From the NCBI RefSeq assembly GCF_002571385.2, contig NW_019217798.1:49046-113045 (forward strand): a DNA stretch of 64,000 nucleotides, in the 5' to 3' direction. The stretch's first letter is position 1, and each line of letters starts with the position of its first letter. Origin of the DNA: Stylophora pistillata (Eukaryota). The notes below the pieces were generated by a model. It was not told where the DNA came from. It worked only from the letters and a program-made list of their open reading frames with translations, and did no database searches. Both the position numbers and the translations under genes were made by a program. This document shows, piece after piece, positions 1-12,442 of this stretch.

Positions 1-2531
1 GTGTTTTGTAAGTGATTTCACAATAAAATGATCACCTCTTTGGTCATCATTTGGATGGAATAAGTGAGGTAAATAAAATCTGCCGGATAAATCAATGTGA
101 AGTCCTTGATAAGGATGATCGGTGTATGCGCATGCTACACAGGTGAAGGGTGCTTTCCGACGCACCGATTGGGTGGCTCGCAAGTGACTAGCTCGTACTA
201 TATTCACCTCCGAGAAGCGAGAGAGACAAAATCACGCGTCAACAATTGGATTTCCATTTTTTTTGTATGTTGAAAGGAAAAAACTATTTTTTTTTCTATT
301 TCTTTGTTGTATTTATTAAAACAATTCTTGATCCCCGTAACGGGCAAAGTTGTGATAATCAATTCGCCGCTTCGCGGCTCGATAAACATCCACCACTATA
401 CACCCCCATTTGGGTGAACAATTGTTAACTACTAATATACGAGTGAATAGAATAATAATGATAAACTATACTTAATGCATTTTTTTTTGAAGGTATGGCT
501 AAATCGTTGATGAATTGTGGTCAGTACCCGAGCAATAAAACGTTGATCGGAGGAATTGTTTAGTGCTATCTCAAAGTTATTCACATTCATTTTGCTAAAT
601 TCTAGTTTTATCGTCGTGTGTTTTACACTCAGGTATGTGGACTGATCAGAGTAATATTGATACATCGCCGTAGAAAATTGATCTCCTATTATGATGAATA
701 ACTGCTGTTTACCTCTTTAGTTACATAGTAAGTTACTTTTCCTTTTTTGTTTTAAAGGAAGTTTCAAATCCCCATCGATAAACAGACTTAACATTATGCG
801 CGCTGCAACTGGTCATTAAAAATAATTCGTCAGAGTAATAGGCTTTGGTAAAAAATTACTTCCTTTATCTTTAGTCTGTCTGAAATAGCGCACAATTTGT
901 ACATTTTTTAAAACGTTTTCTTCCCATTTAAGTGAACATTTCGTAACTCAAGAGAAAACTATCATGAAACAGATTATAAACTGATCAGAGAACCGATCTT
1001 TGTTCTTACCAAGGCAAATTAAAATGTAAAATGTTTTCATAATCAGTCTCTATCTATGCATTTCTGAATAAAGAAAAAAAAAACAGATTGAATCTGTTTG
1101 CTAGGCATCACCGTCAAGTTATCTCAGCCCACGTTGCTTTTTAAATACCTAGTTGAATCTGAGTGGAGCTCCTCAAACTCAGAGAAAAGTAACTTTCTTC
1201 TACGTAGTTATCTTTTCGATAGTCAAAAACTCTCTGAAATCTCAGGTAGCAGCTGGCTAGTTACACAAAAGCATGGCGCACCGATAGATTATCAAAGTCA
1301 CACCTACTGTGTCCTTTTTGTATCATAATGTTAAAACTAAATGAAGACAGATTACTTCTCGCGTCGTAAAGTGATGATTTTGTGGGATCAATAGCACCGT
1401 CTGTAGCCACAATTGACGATGGCGGTTTCGAAATTGCAATTTTGGATTAGAATATTTTGATGGAATTCAATTTTCTTCTGAAAATTCCAATTTTGTTTCC
1501 TAGAAAGCTATCCGCAATTAATAGTAGCGATAACATTATTTATAATAAACAGTTTTCCCAAGTGGAAGGACATCGGTGAAAATTGACGACCTATTAGAAA
1601 TTTAGGAAGGATCACAGAGGTTCATGAAGAATGGTCGAAAACATAAACCAAACCAACAAAAATGAGATCTTTGTATTCACTAAGCTCATTCTCACCATTT
1701 TTCAAATTTTTTACCGCCGCTCATCCCCTTAGTACGAATTTCCTTCTCTCCTCAGACTTCCTCTGTTATCAAAATCGACGATGGCGGCCATAATTTTCGC
1801 GAAGAAAATATTAAGTACTCGCTCGCCAAAACTTCTCCTATTATGCACAGTATTCTCCCGGATGAACTCATCAACCTCTCATATTGCATCAATTCCCTTT
1901 TTCCTTTTATTTTCCTTACATAGCGATCTCTTTATCTTTCCCAGAATAATTTATACAACTCTAACTGATTTCAATGAACAATCTAACACCCGAATTTCTT
2001 AGAACAGCTGTATTTAATCCGTTAGAACAAGCTTATTTATACCTTTTAGTCATTTGCAGGACTCATTCATCGCTGTAGTTTGTTAAACAAATTAAAACGA
2101 TAAGGTTGTTTCTTTTTCTAGACGAATCGTATGTAGTACTTAGCAGAACGCAATGCATGAGGTTTAATTTCTTTTAGAAACACATATTTGGAAACAAGCT
2201 GTCGAATTTACACCTCTACTAATATACTGGGTGGCTATCTGTATCTTAAATTGTGGAATAAAACGAAGCAAATCGATGAGATTGAGATTGTTTTTTTTTT
2301 TACATACTAGTAGTCCCTGTGTCCATCACTGTCTTAGGAGGAGCCGACATTCTCCTTTTCATCTCATGTGGCTTCATATTCTTCCTCCCAAGCGTTCCTG
2401 TGTAAGATTGTGATCGTTTGAGGCGTAAGGTTCCTTCGATGTCTACGAGCTCTTTTACATCTGATGAACCAGCTGAAACACCATTCTGCCCTGTGCAACA
2501 CCCTTTGAGATATGTGTGCTCGACTTTCTGG

Positions 2532-2880
2532 NNNNNNNNNNNNNNNNNNNNNNNNNNNNNNNNNNNNNNNNNNNNNNNNNNNNNNNNNNNNNNNNNNNNN
2601 NNNNNNNNNNNNNNNNNNNNNNNNNNNNNNNNNNNNNNNNNNNNNNNNNNNNNNNNNNNNNNNNNNNNNNNNNNNNNNNNNNNNNNNNNNNNNNNNNNNN
2701 NNNNNNNNNNNNNNNNNNNNNNNNNNNNNNNNNNNNNNNNNNNNNNNNNNNNNNNNNNNNNNNNNNNNNNNNNNNNNNNNNNNNNNNNNNNNNNNNNNNN
2801 NNNNNNNNNNNNNNNNNNNNNNNNNNNNNNNNNNNNNNNNNNNNNNNNNNNNNNNNNNNNNNNNNNNNNNNNNNNNNNNN
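2532..2880. other. Assembly gap (others at 5745-6419, 24624-25029, 61411-61692; single N at 32870)
   Basis: Runs of N. Confidence 1.
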
Positions 2881-3858
2881 GACCTGTTTATCAAATTGGC
2901 AAATGACATTTTGGATAAGGCATTGTAAAACAGGGAAAAGGAACAATGGAAAGAATTAGTGTGTAACTGAGGAAAACTGTTTCTGAAACCTTTTGACAGG
3001 CGATGAATTGCCTTTGCCTGTCAGAATTATAATAAAAATCGAACAGGAAATTGAAAAACAAAGAGGTTGTAACGCAAATGTTTCTCGGTCCGGAAGCAAT
3101 TTGAAGACTTCCTTTGGATGAATCTATGGTCACCAATACCATGTTATTCTAGCCAAGGTTTTGTTTTGTTTTGTTTTGTTTTTTTTGTTAACTTTACTAA
3201 ATTTATTCTCCGCAACACGGTTTTGCTACCGAATAATATACAATCATTCCATTCTTGCAAAACATAAAGCTACAAAAAAGCTTTTTATATTATTTGCTTT
3301 ATAACCTGATCGAAAAGGGTTAATATGAAATTTGACAAAATCCTCCAGCCTTTATACGGATCGCATTTAAATCGAGTTAGATATGAAAATGAAAACGACA
3401 GGTTGGAACTGAATATTATGTAACGAAAACAAGGTTTCCTTTATACCCTTTATTTTTTCACAACAGTCGTTCATACTATTTCCACCCTCTCTCTTCTTTA
3501 AACTTAAAAGCTGAGCGTGGTTTACAGGAGCGAGCAACTGCATACTGGTTTACTTCGCTCTTCAATTAATTTTGTTCACAAATTTGATTTGGAAATAAGA
3601 CAGGGAATGTCTTTTTATAGGAGATATGGCAAGTGATTGCGCCTAGTAGGAGGCACCCTGATAGCTGCTCATTTAAACTAGGGATGTTCACAAAAACATT
3701 CCCAAAGTTTGTTCCCCTTTTTATATTGTTTGCGTTATAAACGTATGTAAAAGGCTAGTTGAATGTTTTTGTTGATTAATTATTTAATAGCAAAGTAGTT
3801 CCGTCGTAAACAAAGAAAGTTGTTATGTATACCACAGGTGACTGCAACAAGGTTTACA

Positions 3859-4800
3859 TTATGCAGAGCAGACTGCTTGTTTGATTGTCTTCGTAACTGC
3901 TTGTCTCACCCCTCTAATCCTCCAGCAGTAAAGGAACGGGTTTAAAGTAGAGTTAAAGAGAACCATGACATTTGCCATTCCCCCGAGTATAATGAGATTC
4001 GGAGATCTGTATTTACTAAAAGTGATAACAATATCCATTGTAAAACTTGGTGCATAACAGAAAACTAATGCTGACTGCACCCACAGTGCATTGTACACTG
4101 CCCTTTTGTATTGCGCCACGTTCAGTGCAATCTGTTGGCTCGGCTGTTGTTGAGTATGATCTTGCACTTGAGCCTGATGATGACTAAGAGCGCGGAAAAT
4201 CTTTGTGTACGAGGCGATTGAGATAGCTAGGCAAGATAATATAAATATATAGCTGTACCAAAGGAACACACGGTAATTGAGATGGAAAAATAAACCAGCG
4301 ATTAGAGATAAAACCCAAATGATAGCTAAAATGATATAGGCGCGCCTCAAAGTTACAATCTCTTTGTATCTAAGTCCCAACAGCATTGCAAGAAGTCTGT
4401 CCACGCTTATGGCCGTTAACGTCGACAAAGAAGATGCGCATAACACATAGCCTGTTACGCCGGTTGCTTTAAATAAATATCGACAAAGACCCCAGTGTTC
4501 GCGAACCACGGACATCCAATATGAAGCATAGAGAGGCTGGCTTACCAGACCAACCAACAGATCGGTTGTTGCTAGACAACGATACACGAGTTTGGATGGC
4601 GGATGAAGGGAAGATTCTTTATAAAGGGCAACAAGGATAAGAGAATTTCCAAGAAATGCTGTGATGGAGAGGAGAAAGTTGACTGCCGCGAATGAAATGG
4701 ACTGTTGTTTTAATTCACCTACCCAAAAGAAGGAGCATTCCGATCCTTCAAAGGTTTTCGCCTGTGTTGCACTCTCCGTTATATTTGCTGCCACCATCAT
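3859..4800 (-). CDS. Intronless class A (rhodopsin-like) GPCR of the type usually annotated melanocortin/adenosine-receptor-like in cnidarians
   Basis: 313-aa ORF with 7 hydrophobic segments. Motifs: TM1 GNSLIL, TM2 LATTDL, TM3 SVDRL (DRY variant), TM6 CYAP, TM7 NSTLNPFLY. N-terminal NIT glycosylation sequon. Confidence 0.92.
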   Translation of the reverse strand: MMVAANITESATQAKTFEGSECSFFWVGELKQQSISFAAVNFLLSITAFLGNSLILVALYKESSLHPPSKLVYRCLATTDLLVGLVSQPLYASYWMSVVREHWGLCRYLFKATGVTGYVLCASSLSTLTAISVDRLLAMLLGLRYKEIVTLRRAYIILAIIWVLSLIAGLFFHLNYRVFLWYSYIFILSCLAISIASYTKIFRALSHHQAQVQDHTQQQPSQQIALNVAQYKRAVYNALWVQSALVFCYAPSFTMDIVITFSKYRSPNLIILGGMANVMVLFNSTLNPFLYCWRIRGVRQAVTKTIKQAVCSA

Positions 4801-6419
4801 TCAGCAGTAACTTCCATTCTTTTGCAGGTTATTCTTAGTTAAAACGTGGAATATTTCGCCTTAATAGCCCTCTCCCAATAAAGATCAGTCAAACCTTATC
4901 TTTTGAATAACAGTTGCTTAAAGATTTCATCAGCAGCATCTGATCATACAAAGTGTCTGAAAGGTGTCCAGTATGTCACGTGGAAGAGGAAAATATGTCA
5001 GTTTTTCCGCGAATTCAAATTAGCAAAGATGGAAGAAAAAGAGATTTATGACAGGAAAACTTCACAACACGGCAGAGAATTAAAAAAGGAAAAAGAAAAA
5101 AAAAACCTATTTACTCAAATTAAATAAACTCTCAGTGGTAGGTTACTGACAGCAGACAGACCGTCGGCCCACGCGTTGACCGACGCAGCGGCCGACTTGT
5201 TGCTTGGATTGGATTCGTTACATTACCAGGATAATAGGGTAAATGATATTCATTCAAGTCATCTGGAGACGCCATGAAGTGTTATCAGACTAGACAAACT
5301 GGGGTTAAAAAGCCAAATTTGTAAACAGTAATAGGTTTTTAGGAAAATGGAAACTCAATTAAAAAAAATTCAAAATTAATGTATGGTTGCAGATGAAAAT
5401 GAGTTCTAAATGTGTTTGAATTCTTGGTCACACCTAACTGGAGTTAGGAACTAAACGACGTTAGTGCAATATATTTCACTTATATCCTTTGTATCCTAAG
5501 AGTTTCAGTCACTACTCACCCTCGTCTTTTACGCACGCCAATACATAGTGATTATTTCCTATGGTCACGAGGCATTAAAAGTTGAAGAAGCTTGTGGTCC
5601 CACTTTTTCAAGCAAGCTGTCATGTATATGGCAGGTGATTAAATTATTTATTCTGCGATTCTCCTCTGCAATGAACGATTTACCTTTTGCAATTAAAATT
5701 TATTTGAATAAAAATATTGGTTTTTTAATTAAGGTAAATGATACNNNNNNNNNNNNNNNNNNNNNNNNNNNNNNNNNNNNNNNNNNNNNNNNNNNNNNNN
5801 NNNNNNNNNNNNNNNNNNNNNNNNNNNNNNNNNNNNNNNNNNNNNNNNNNNNNNNNNNNNNNNNNNNNNNNNNNNNNNNNNNNNNNNNNNNNNNNNNNNN
5901 NNNNNNNNNNNNNNNNNNNNNNNNNNNNNNNNNNNNNNNNNNNNNNNNNNNNNNNNNNNNNNNNNNNNNNNNNNNNNNNNNNNNNNNNNNNNNNNNNNNN
6001 NNNNNNNNNNNNNNNNNNNNNNNNNNNNNNNNNNNNNNNNNNNNNNNNNNNNNNNNNNNNNNNNNNNNNNNNNNNNNNNNNNNNNNNNNNNNNNNNNNNN
6101 NNNNNNNNNNNNNNNNNNNNNNNNNNNNNNNNNNNNNNNNNNNNNNNNNNNNNNNNNNNNNNNNNNNNNNNNNNNNNNNNNNNNNNNNNNNNNNNNNNNN
6201 NNNNNNNNNNNNNNNNNNNNNNNNNNNNNNNNNNNNNNNNNNNNNNNNNNNNNNNNNNNNNNNNNNNNNNNNNNNNNNNNNNNNNNNNNNNNNNNNNNNN
6301 NNNNNNNNNNNNNNNNNNNNNNNNNNNNNNNNNNNNNNNNNNNNNNNNNNNNNNNNNNNNNNNNNNNNNNNNNNNNNNNNNNNNNNNNNNNNNNNNNNNN
6401 NNNNNNNNNNNNNNNNNNN

Positions 6420-7025
6420 TTCAGTTTTTGGGCCTAGTGTCTTCAAGTCAGGCTAGTAAACTGATTCCCGCGTAGAAAATAGGACGCCGGCTATAAATTG
6501 TCTTTCAAGTAGTGTTTTGTTTGAAAGCAAGTTTTAAATCCCTAAAAGAAATACATTTTTCATCATAATATGAACTTAACACTATGTGCGTTGCGATTGG
6601 TCACTGCTCGTGATCTGTCAAAGCTATAACAAGAGATGAGCGTCGGTTAAAAATTGTTTTCTTTGACTCACCGATTGTGAGCCGTGGGGAAAGTGTTTGC
6701 GTTAAGTCCCATTTGAATTACGATATGCTCGGGCAAAAAAAGTCTGACTCGAGTTACTTACATTCATCTTCTTAAACTCCAGTTTTATGGCCTAGCGTTT
6801 TAGAGTCAAGCTAATAAATTGATTCCCGTGTAGAAAATAGAACGCCGCCTAAAAAGTTGCCTTTCAGGTTGTGTTTTATTTGAAAGCAAGTTTCAAATCC
6901 CTGAGAGAAATGCATTTTTCATCTTAATATGGACTTAACGCTATGTGCGTTGCGATTGGTCACTGCTCGTGATCTGTCAAAGCCATGACAAGAGATGAGC
7001 GTCGGATAAAAATCGTTTTCTTTAA
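6420..7025. repeat. Diverged tandem duplication, period ~360 bp, abutting an assembly gap
   Basis: 6421-6665 matches 6780-7022, e.g. ctatgtgcgttgcgattggtcactgctcgtgatctgtcaaagc occurs in both. Confidence 0.85.
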
Positions 7026-8896
7026 TTAAGTATAAAACATAATTTATCAGGGTTAGGGAGGGGCGGGGGATATTTGGAGGATGAAATAGCTTTCAGGGGA
7101 GACGGAGGAGGAATATTAATCAATCGACATTAATAGAGTAGAACAATGATTGTCGAATAACTGTAGATAATGGAGGGGTCGTAAATGAGGATTATACAGA
7201 GCCTTATGGGTTGATCTTATAAATTATTACGTGAAACAACCAAATCCGTCGACCCTTCCCCCCTCCCCATGGATAAATTATGACTGGTCTCTGGAGCAGA
7301 ATTTATCCGACATGCAGGGAACTGTCCCCCCATGCAAATAAAATTAATCGAAAGTAGTTTTCGCATAATGGGGAAAGAAAAGTAAGCGAGCAGTTGTGCG
7401 ACATTCATCTTGGCTGGGAAGCCGCTTGTTTGTGCTTACCACGTTTTTATTTTTTCTCTTGTTATCTCTGATTGGGAAAAAAATACTCAATTGCTAAGCA
7501 TCATCGTCAAATTATTCCAGTACATGTTTTTCTCTTTGTGTCGGCTGTTTGTTAAGTAAAGTGCCAGATTTAGAGGAAATTTAGTTTTGGACGTGGTTAT
7601 CTGTTAAACAGTAATAACTGAAACTCATTCTGAAATTTTCTTTTGGCGGCTGGTTATTAAGGCAAAAGTTTAACTTTACAATAGATTATCAGCATCAAAT
7701 CGAGTTTATTCCCTTTTAAAATCTCTCTATTAAGAAAATAAATGAAAACAGTTTAGTTGAATTATACAAGCACCAAAACGATACTTTGGTGGCATCATGA
7801 ACATAGTCTGTAGCTAAGATGAAAACCCATGGTGTCGAACTGAAATTGCACAATATTTTGATAAAATTCGATATCCTTGTAAGAATTTCATTTATCATGT
7901 ATTTCTGGAAATGTAACTAGATTTCCAAAGATTATTTCGGTGAAATAGCTTTAAGGAGCGATTTTGCATGAGAGCTTCTCTTTGTCAAGTTCGCAAACAT
8001 ATCGGAGAGGAGTTCCGCCTCTGAATTTTCATTTCTATTTCTTTATGATATATAATGGCGCTGTACTCCTCAAATTTCAAACGTTCGCCTCAATGGTTAA
8101 TACAGCTGTATTGTTTAAGCTGGAGACAAGGAACAATATGAGTCCTAAAGCTTCCAACAATCATTTTATATTTTCATCAAGCAAGGCAATCAAAACGGAC
8201 AGAAAAAAAAGTTGGCTAATACAAAACAGGCAAATGATGATGTTGAGAGCTTTTGTCAATATACTTCACGCTTCTACTACATTTTTCGCACCAGTCTTTA
8301 TCTTTTCGTTGTTGTTTTCTTTCTGAACCCTTCTATAATATTTGCTTTGCTTTTTCCCTGATGCTTTTTGCTGTTTGTTTGTTTTCTTTTTATCTCAGAC
8401 ATTTTTTAGCATGTCTGTCCTTTGGGGTTTAGATACTTTTATTTTTGTTTTCCCTTTTAATGTGTATTGTGTTTGGGCATTGTTTTCTACCGATCGGTGA
8501 AGGATGGCCAAGTCAATCATTTCGGAATTTCATAGACAAATCCGTGAAGCAATTCACAATTAAATTTATTGTAACACCAGCTTGGGCTCTCACAGTATTT
8601 CACGCATGCGTAGGCTGGCAGAGCTGCGGTAAACTAAAAAGGACATAATATAGAATATAAAGAAATAAATCAATATGTTTTCTAAAAATATCAAGTTAAG
8701 AGTTTTTTTAAGTAAGTACAAGTTCTGTAAGGTTTCCTGATCAGGAAAAAAATTAAAAAGGATGAAAGTCTAATGGGGGCCGGCATTGTGAATTTTCGAC
8801 GACAACAGCCGAAAGAAAAAAACGACAAAATGCAACAACAACAACAACAACAACAACAAAAACAGATGCTTGACCCAGTGTCGCTAAACAGGCTCT

Positions 8897-9098
8897 TTAA
8901 CCATTAAACTCTCAAAATTGATCAACATGAAACTTCTCTCTGTAATATTCCAACATTATCCAGCAAACAGGTAAAGAGAATATTCAAACTAGTTGTTAAC
9001 AGTGATCTAACACCAAATTCTTAAAACTAATTTAAAAGGAACTGTTTAGCAGCTAGAGGGGAGAGTTAACGATCAGATCTTGGGAGTTGAAGGGTTAA
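8897..9098. mobile_element. piggyBac-like MITE (TTAA-flanked)
   Basis: Starts ttaa-ccattaaactctcaa and ends ttgggagttgaaggg-ttaa (imperfect TIRs). A second copy of the same family lies at 50636-50850. Confidence 0.65.
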
Positions 9099-9656
9099 TG
9101 TGATGTGGCAAGATAAGACCTAACACATCCAACAACATATGTAAAAAGACCGTACGTTCTTTCTATAGTCAAGATAAAAATACAAAAAGAGAACACGGTA
9201 ACAATTAACAAGAGTCTCATTCTGCGACGAATAGAAAGAACCTTGGCATTCTTTCAATCCATAAAAGTTTCCGCGCTTTTAATGCTTCACTAAGCGTCGT
9301 TGAATTTATAAAGAATACTTTTATATCTTTGGGAAGTCTAAGATCGCTTAAATGGATGTGATCACGGCGAAGAAGGGCAACATGACTTCAAGACAGAGTC
9401 ATCTTTTTTATTTCTGGTCGGAGGCCTGACGACAGTTCCCGACGACGCGAGGGGGGGTAAAATTCGCCTCGCGTGATAAGGAGAACTTTCGTGCATATTT
9501 CCGTTTCTTGTCCAGTGACCAAACTTTGCTCTGAAAAAGCCCTGGCGGAAATTTAAACTGTTTTGATTTCGTGTCCTAGCAGCGAGAGGACTGTTCAAAA
9601 GGATCACTTTGTGAAGCTTTCCTGAGGTGGAAAATAATTTTTTTCCTTTCAACAAA

Positions 9657-10946
9657 TCAAAAATTTGGCGTTGTTATAACAACTGCTAATCCACACAGTG
9701 AGTCATTTCTGAAACTAGCAGCGGCAAAAGTGTCCTCGTCTGGGGTCCACAATGCTTGAGCCGCCATTTGTATCCCGCCGTCCCTCACAGCTCCAATGTA
9801 CACGAGGCAGGCTATTTTCCGCTGGCCACATCCGCTCGTTTGTTTTTCACCATCGCTGCTACCACAAAGTCGCGTTATTATCTTACTTATGCTCCTGCTC
9901 GCCCGATCGCAGCTTGTCGGGGAGTAATCATCCATGGTTAGCAGATGCGACCTCAAGACCTCTTCCAAAATTCCCTGCAAGTGAAAATCATCTGGTTTAA
10001 AAAAGTCACCCGTGCTATTCTCTTTGCCGTCTGAGTCCCCTCGGAGTCGATTTGCCTTGATATGACGGCCTGATAACACAAAATTGCTCTTAGCGTCTGA
10101 GGTGGTTAAGTTTTCCAGATTAAAAGCCAGATCTTGGATTTGGTTTGAGAAGTCATTAATCATTGTTTCGTAATCATTCACCAGACCATCTTCTTCTTCT
10201 TTGATTGGCACACCAGTTGGATCTGATCCACGTCTTTCTCTCTGGGCTAAATGTTCGTACGCTTTGCTGAAAGAAGGATACAGCCTTTTGGCCAAACGAG
10301 CATCTTTTCTAGGGCCTACTTTGGTCTCTTTGTTTTGAACCGCGTCATGATTAGAACCGATATGTTTAAAGCACGTATTGGATGCTGTCGCTTTGCTGAA
10401 AAGATGCAACGGCGACACTGCCTTTCGTTTCAGTTTCGGACGCAACTTTTTCAAACTTCCCTGACCTTCGAAATTTTTCTTGAGGTTTTTCTTGCCTGGG
10501 ATTGTGGGATCTGAAAGTCTTCGTCTTTGGCTGGGAGAAGATTCTTTTGTTTCGGCCGCTGAACTTTGAGATAAGCTTCTTAGAAACATTTTATAACCTC
10601 GTCCGCCTGCGGGAGAGTTTTGCGGCAAACGTGACATTTCTGTGTCGCTTGCAAGTCCTTCAAGTTTGAAATTCCTGACTCGTTCCTTTTGCAACTCACT
10701 TTTTCCAAATTTCTTGTCGATGGAGAACCAGTTTGTTTGTTTGTGACTGTGACCGCTTTGTGAATGCTTTTTCTCCAGACTGGCCGGATTTTGCACTTCG
10801 GAATTAGTGGTTGAAGATTCATTCTCCGGACCAGAAGAAAATGTCAAAACTGGTGTTATCTTCAAAATGACGTGGATTTCGTCATCATTATCAGATCTCG
10901 AGAGATTTCTCGCCTCTTCCTGCTGATGTTCGTGTTCGGTAGTCAT
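9657..10946 (-). CDS. Tctex1-domain (dynein light chain Tctex-type) protein with ~310-aa low-complexity N-terminus, single coding exon
   Basis: 429-aa ORF. C-terminal LQGILEEVL...YSPTSCDRASRSISKII...RKIACLVYIG...GIQMAAQALWTPDEDTFAAASFRNDSLCGLAVV follows the Tctex-1 pattern (K-I-x-x-x-V-x-IG; LW-x-x-x-x-D; F-x-N-x-SL). Confidence 0.8.
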   Translation of the reverse strand: MTTEHEHQQEEARNLSRSDNDDEIHVILKITPVLTFSSGPENESSTTNSEVQNPASLEKKHSQSGHSHKQTNWFSIDKKFGKSELQKERVRNFKLEGLASDTEMSRLPQNSPAGGRGYKMFLRSLSQSSAAETKESSPSQRRRLSDPTIPGKKNLKKNFEGQGSLKKLRPKLKRKAVSPLHLFSKATASNTCFKHIGSNHDAVQNKETKVGPRKDARLAKRLYPSFSKAYEHLAQRERRGSDPTGVPIKEEEDGLVNDYETMINDFSNQIQDLAFNLENLTTSDAKSNFVLSGRHIKANRLRGDSDGKENSTGDFFKPDDFHLQGILEEVLRSHLLTMDDYSPTSCDRASRSISKIITRLCGSSDGEKQTSGCGQRKIACLVYIGAVRDGGIQMAAQALWTPDEDTFAAASFRNDSLCGLAVVITTPNF

Positions 10947-12221
10947 AACTTTTGCTTTCAGTCAGCTCTGTTTGTAAATCGTCAAGACGCTTCGTAAACA
11001 AAAGAGCTCATTATAGGGCAGAAAACAATGGCTTGTCCAAATCACTTTATCGCAGCTTTAAGAGCTTTGTTAGCCTCTTTTGTCGCGTTTATGAAATCAT
11101 TGCTCTAGCAGTTGACAGCTTCGAAAATGAAAACCAACAAGATAATATTCTTTCCTAGTAATCTGAAAAAAAATACATTTTCAAGATAATTTTAGAATAC
11201 ATTGCAAAAACGCCTCTGAGAAAATGATCTTTACTTTATTTGTTGAGATTACGTATTTATGCTGTGTAATTCAACTGATTAAAAATTCATTCCAGCGTGA
11301 AATTAGAAAAAGATTACTCGTAAGTTATTTCTATAATCTATTAATACTTAAGAAGACGCAAATCTGTAAGAAGCAATAGCAATGTCTCGAAAACTTCTCC
11401 TGTACGGCATAGTGGAGTTTCAGAGCTTCAAGTTGTCAAATTAATCTTTCTGAAAATTATTTGTTTTCATCCTCGGACCACCATGTTCTTTCCGAGCAAA
11501 TTGAACTTGCCCAAGGCAGGACTCTGTCGTTGAACATAATGTTTGATGACTCGCTTTCTGAACTGCTCGGTTAAAATGCCCGTTTCAGCCCGCATCGTCC
11601 TATTGAAGGAAAAAGAGTTATGATTCCAAATTGGCTGAATTAAGTTTCAGTCATTCATAACATCATTCTTAAAACACTAATTAATGTAATCATCAATTCC
11701 GAAAAAAGCATTGCCTGTAATTTCTATATCAGGATCAAAACAAGGCAGCCCTAAGCAACTCGATTGTAAAGTTGTGTTTAATATTTAAAATGAATTACTA
11801 CTGAAGGAGATGCGTAAACTATAAAATAATATATCAGAGGATAAAAAGCCGATCGAGAGCAGCTCTTGATGGATTTTTATTGTTTTTTATCGGCGAGATC
11901 CTTCAAGACTTCTCAAGAGAGGCTTCAAACACACAAACATGTTTGTATAATTAATATGACAATTAGTCCCTTATAAAATGAAAAAACCATTGAAACGGAA
12001 AGATATTGTTTCTCAGGAAATAACTCAGTGAAACAGCATACTCGGTTAAAGAAACTAAATTTACTCCCTGCTGAATCTTGTCAGGGAACCCATGACCCTT
12101 CTAAGATAAATTAATTACGGCCAGGTTTATGGAAAAATACTACATTTACGACTACTATATAAAACAAATGTTAAGCTTAAGGGCAAAGGCTGAAATGTAT
12201 ATGATATATTTTAATATAGAG

Positions 12222-12442
12222 GGTACGTTTCTAAATAAAACTGTAGTACTGCATGCGTCGATGGGGGGTATAACAAAGTAATTTGGTTTTCTTAACTTAG
12301 TTGATATAGTCAATTGGCCACCGTAAAGAATTCCTAATGCCGCTGTTGCGAGCGTTAGCCCTTCGCCAAAACGACACGCGAAGTGCTAACGCTCTAAAAA
12401 TCATCCTCAGGAACTTCTTGACGGTGAAAAATTTACATTATA
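12222..12442. mobile_element. Decayed inverted-repeat element resembling the hammerhead-ribozyme-bearing (Penelope/retrozyme-type) repeats of corals; core degenerate
   Basis: Inverted arms gagcgttagcccttcgc (12350-12366) / gcgaagtgctaacgctc (12378-12394), plus outer caccgtaaagaa / ttcttgacggtg. Related left-end fragments at ~50217-50256 and ~57494-57573. Confidence 0.55.

Noticed and set aside
2455-2520. ctgatga-accagct-gaaac, a possible minimal hammerhead core
   Set aside because: No convincing stem III / NUH / stem I pairing found.
2364-6475. Long ORFs spanning N runs (also 24396-25072 and 61282-61785)
   Set aside because: Artefacts of translating assembly gaps.
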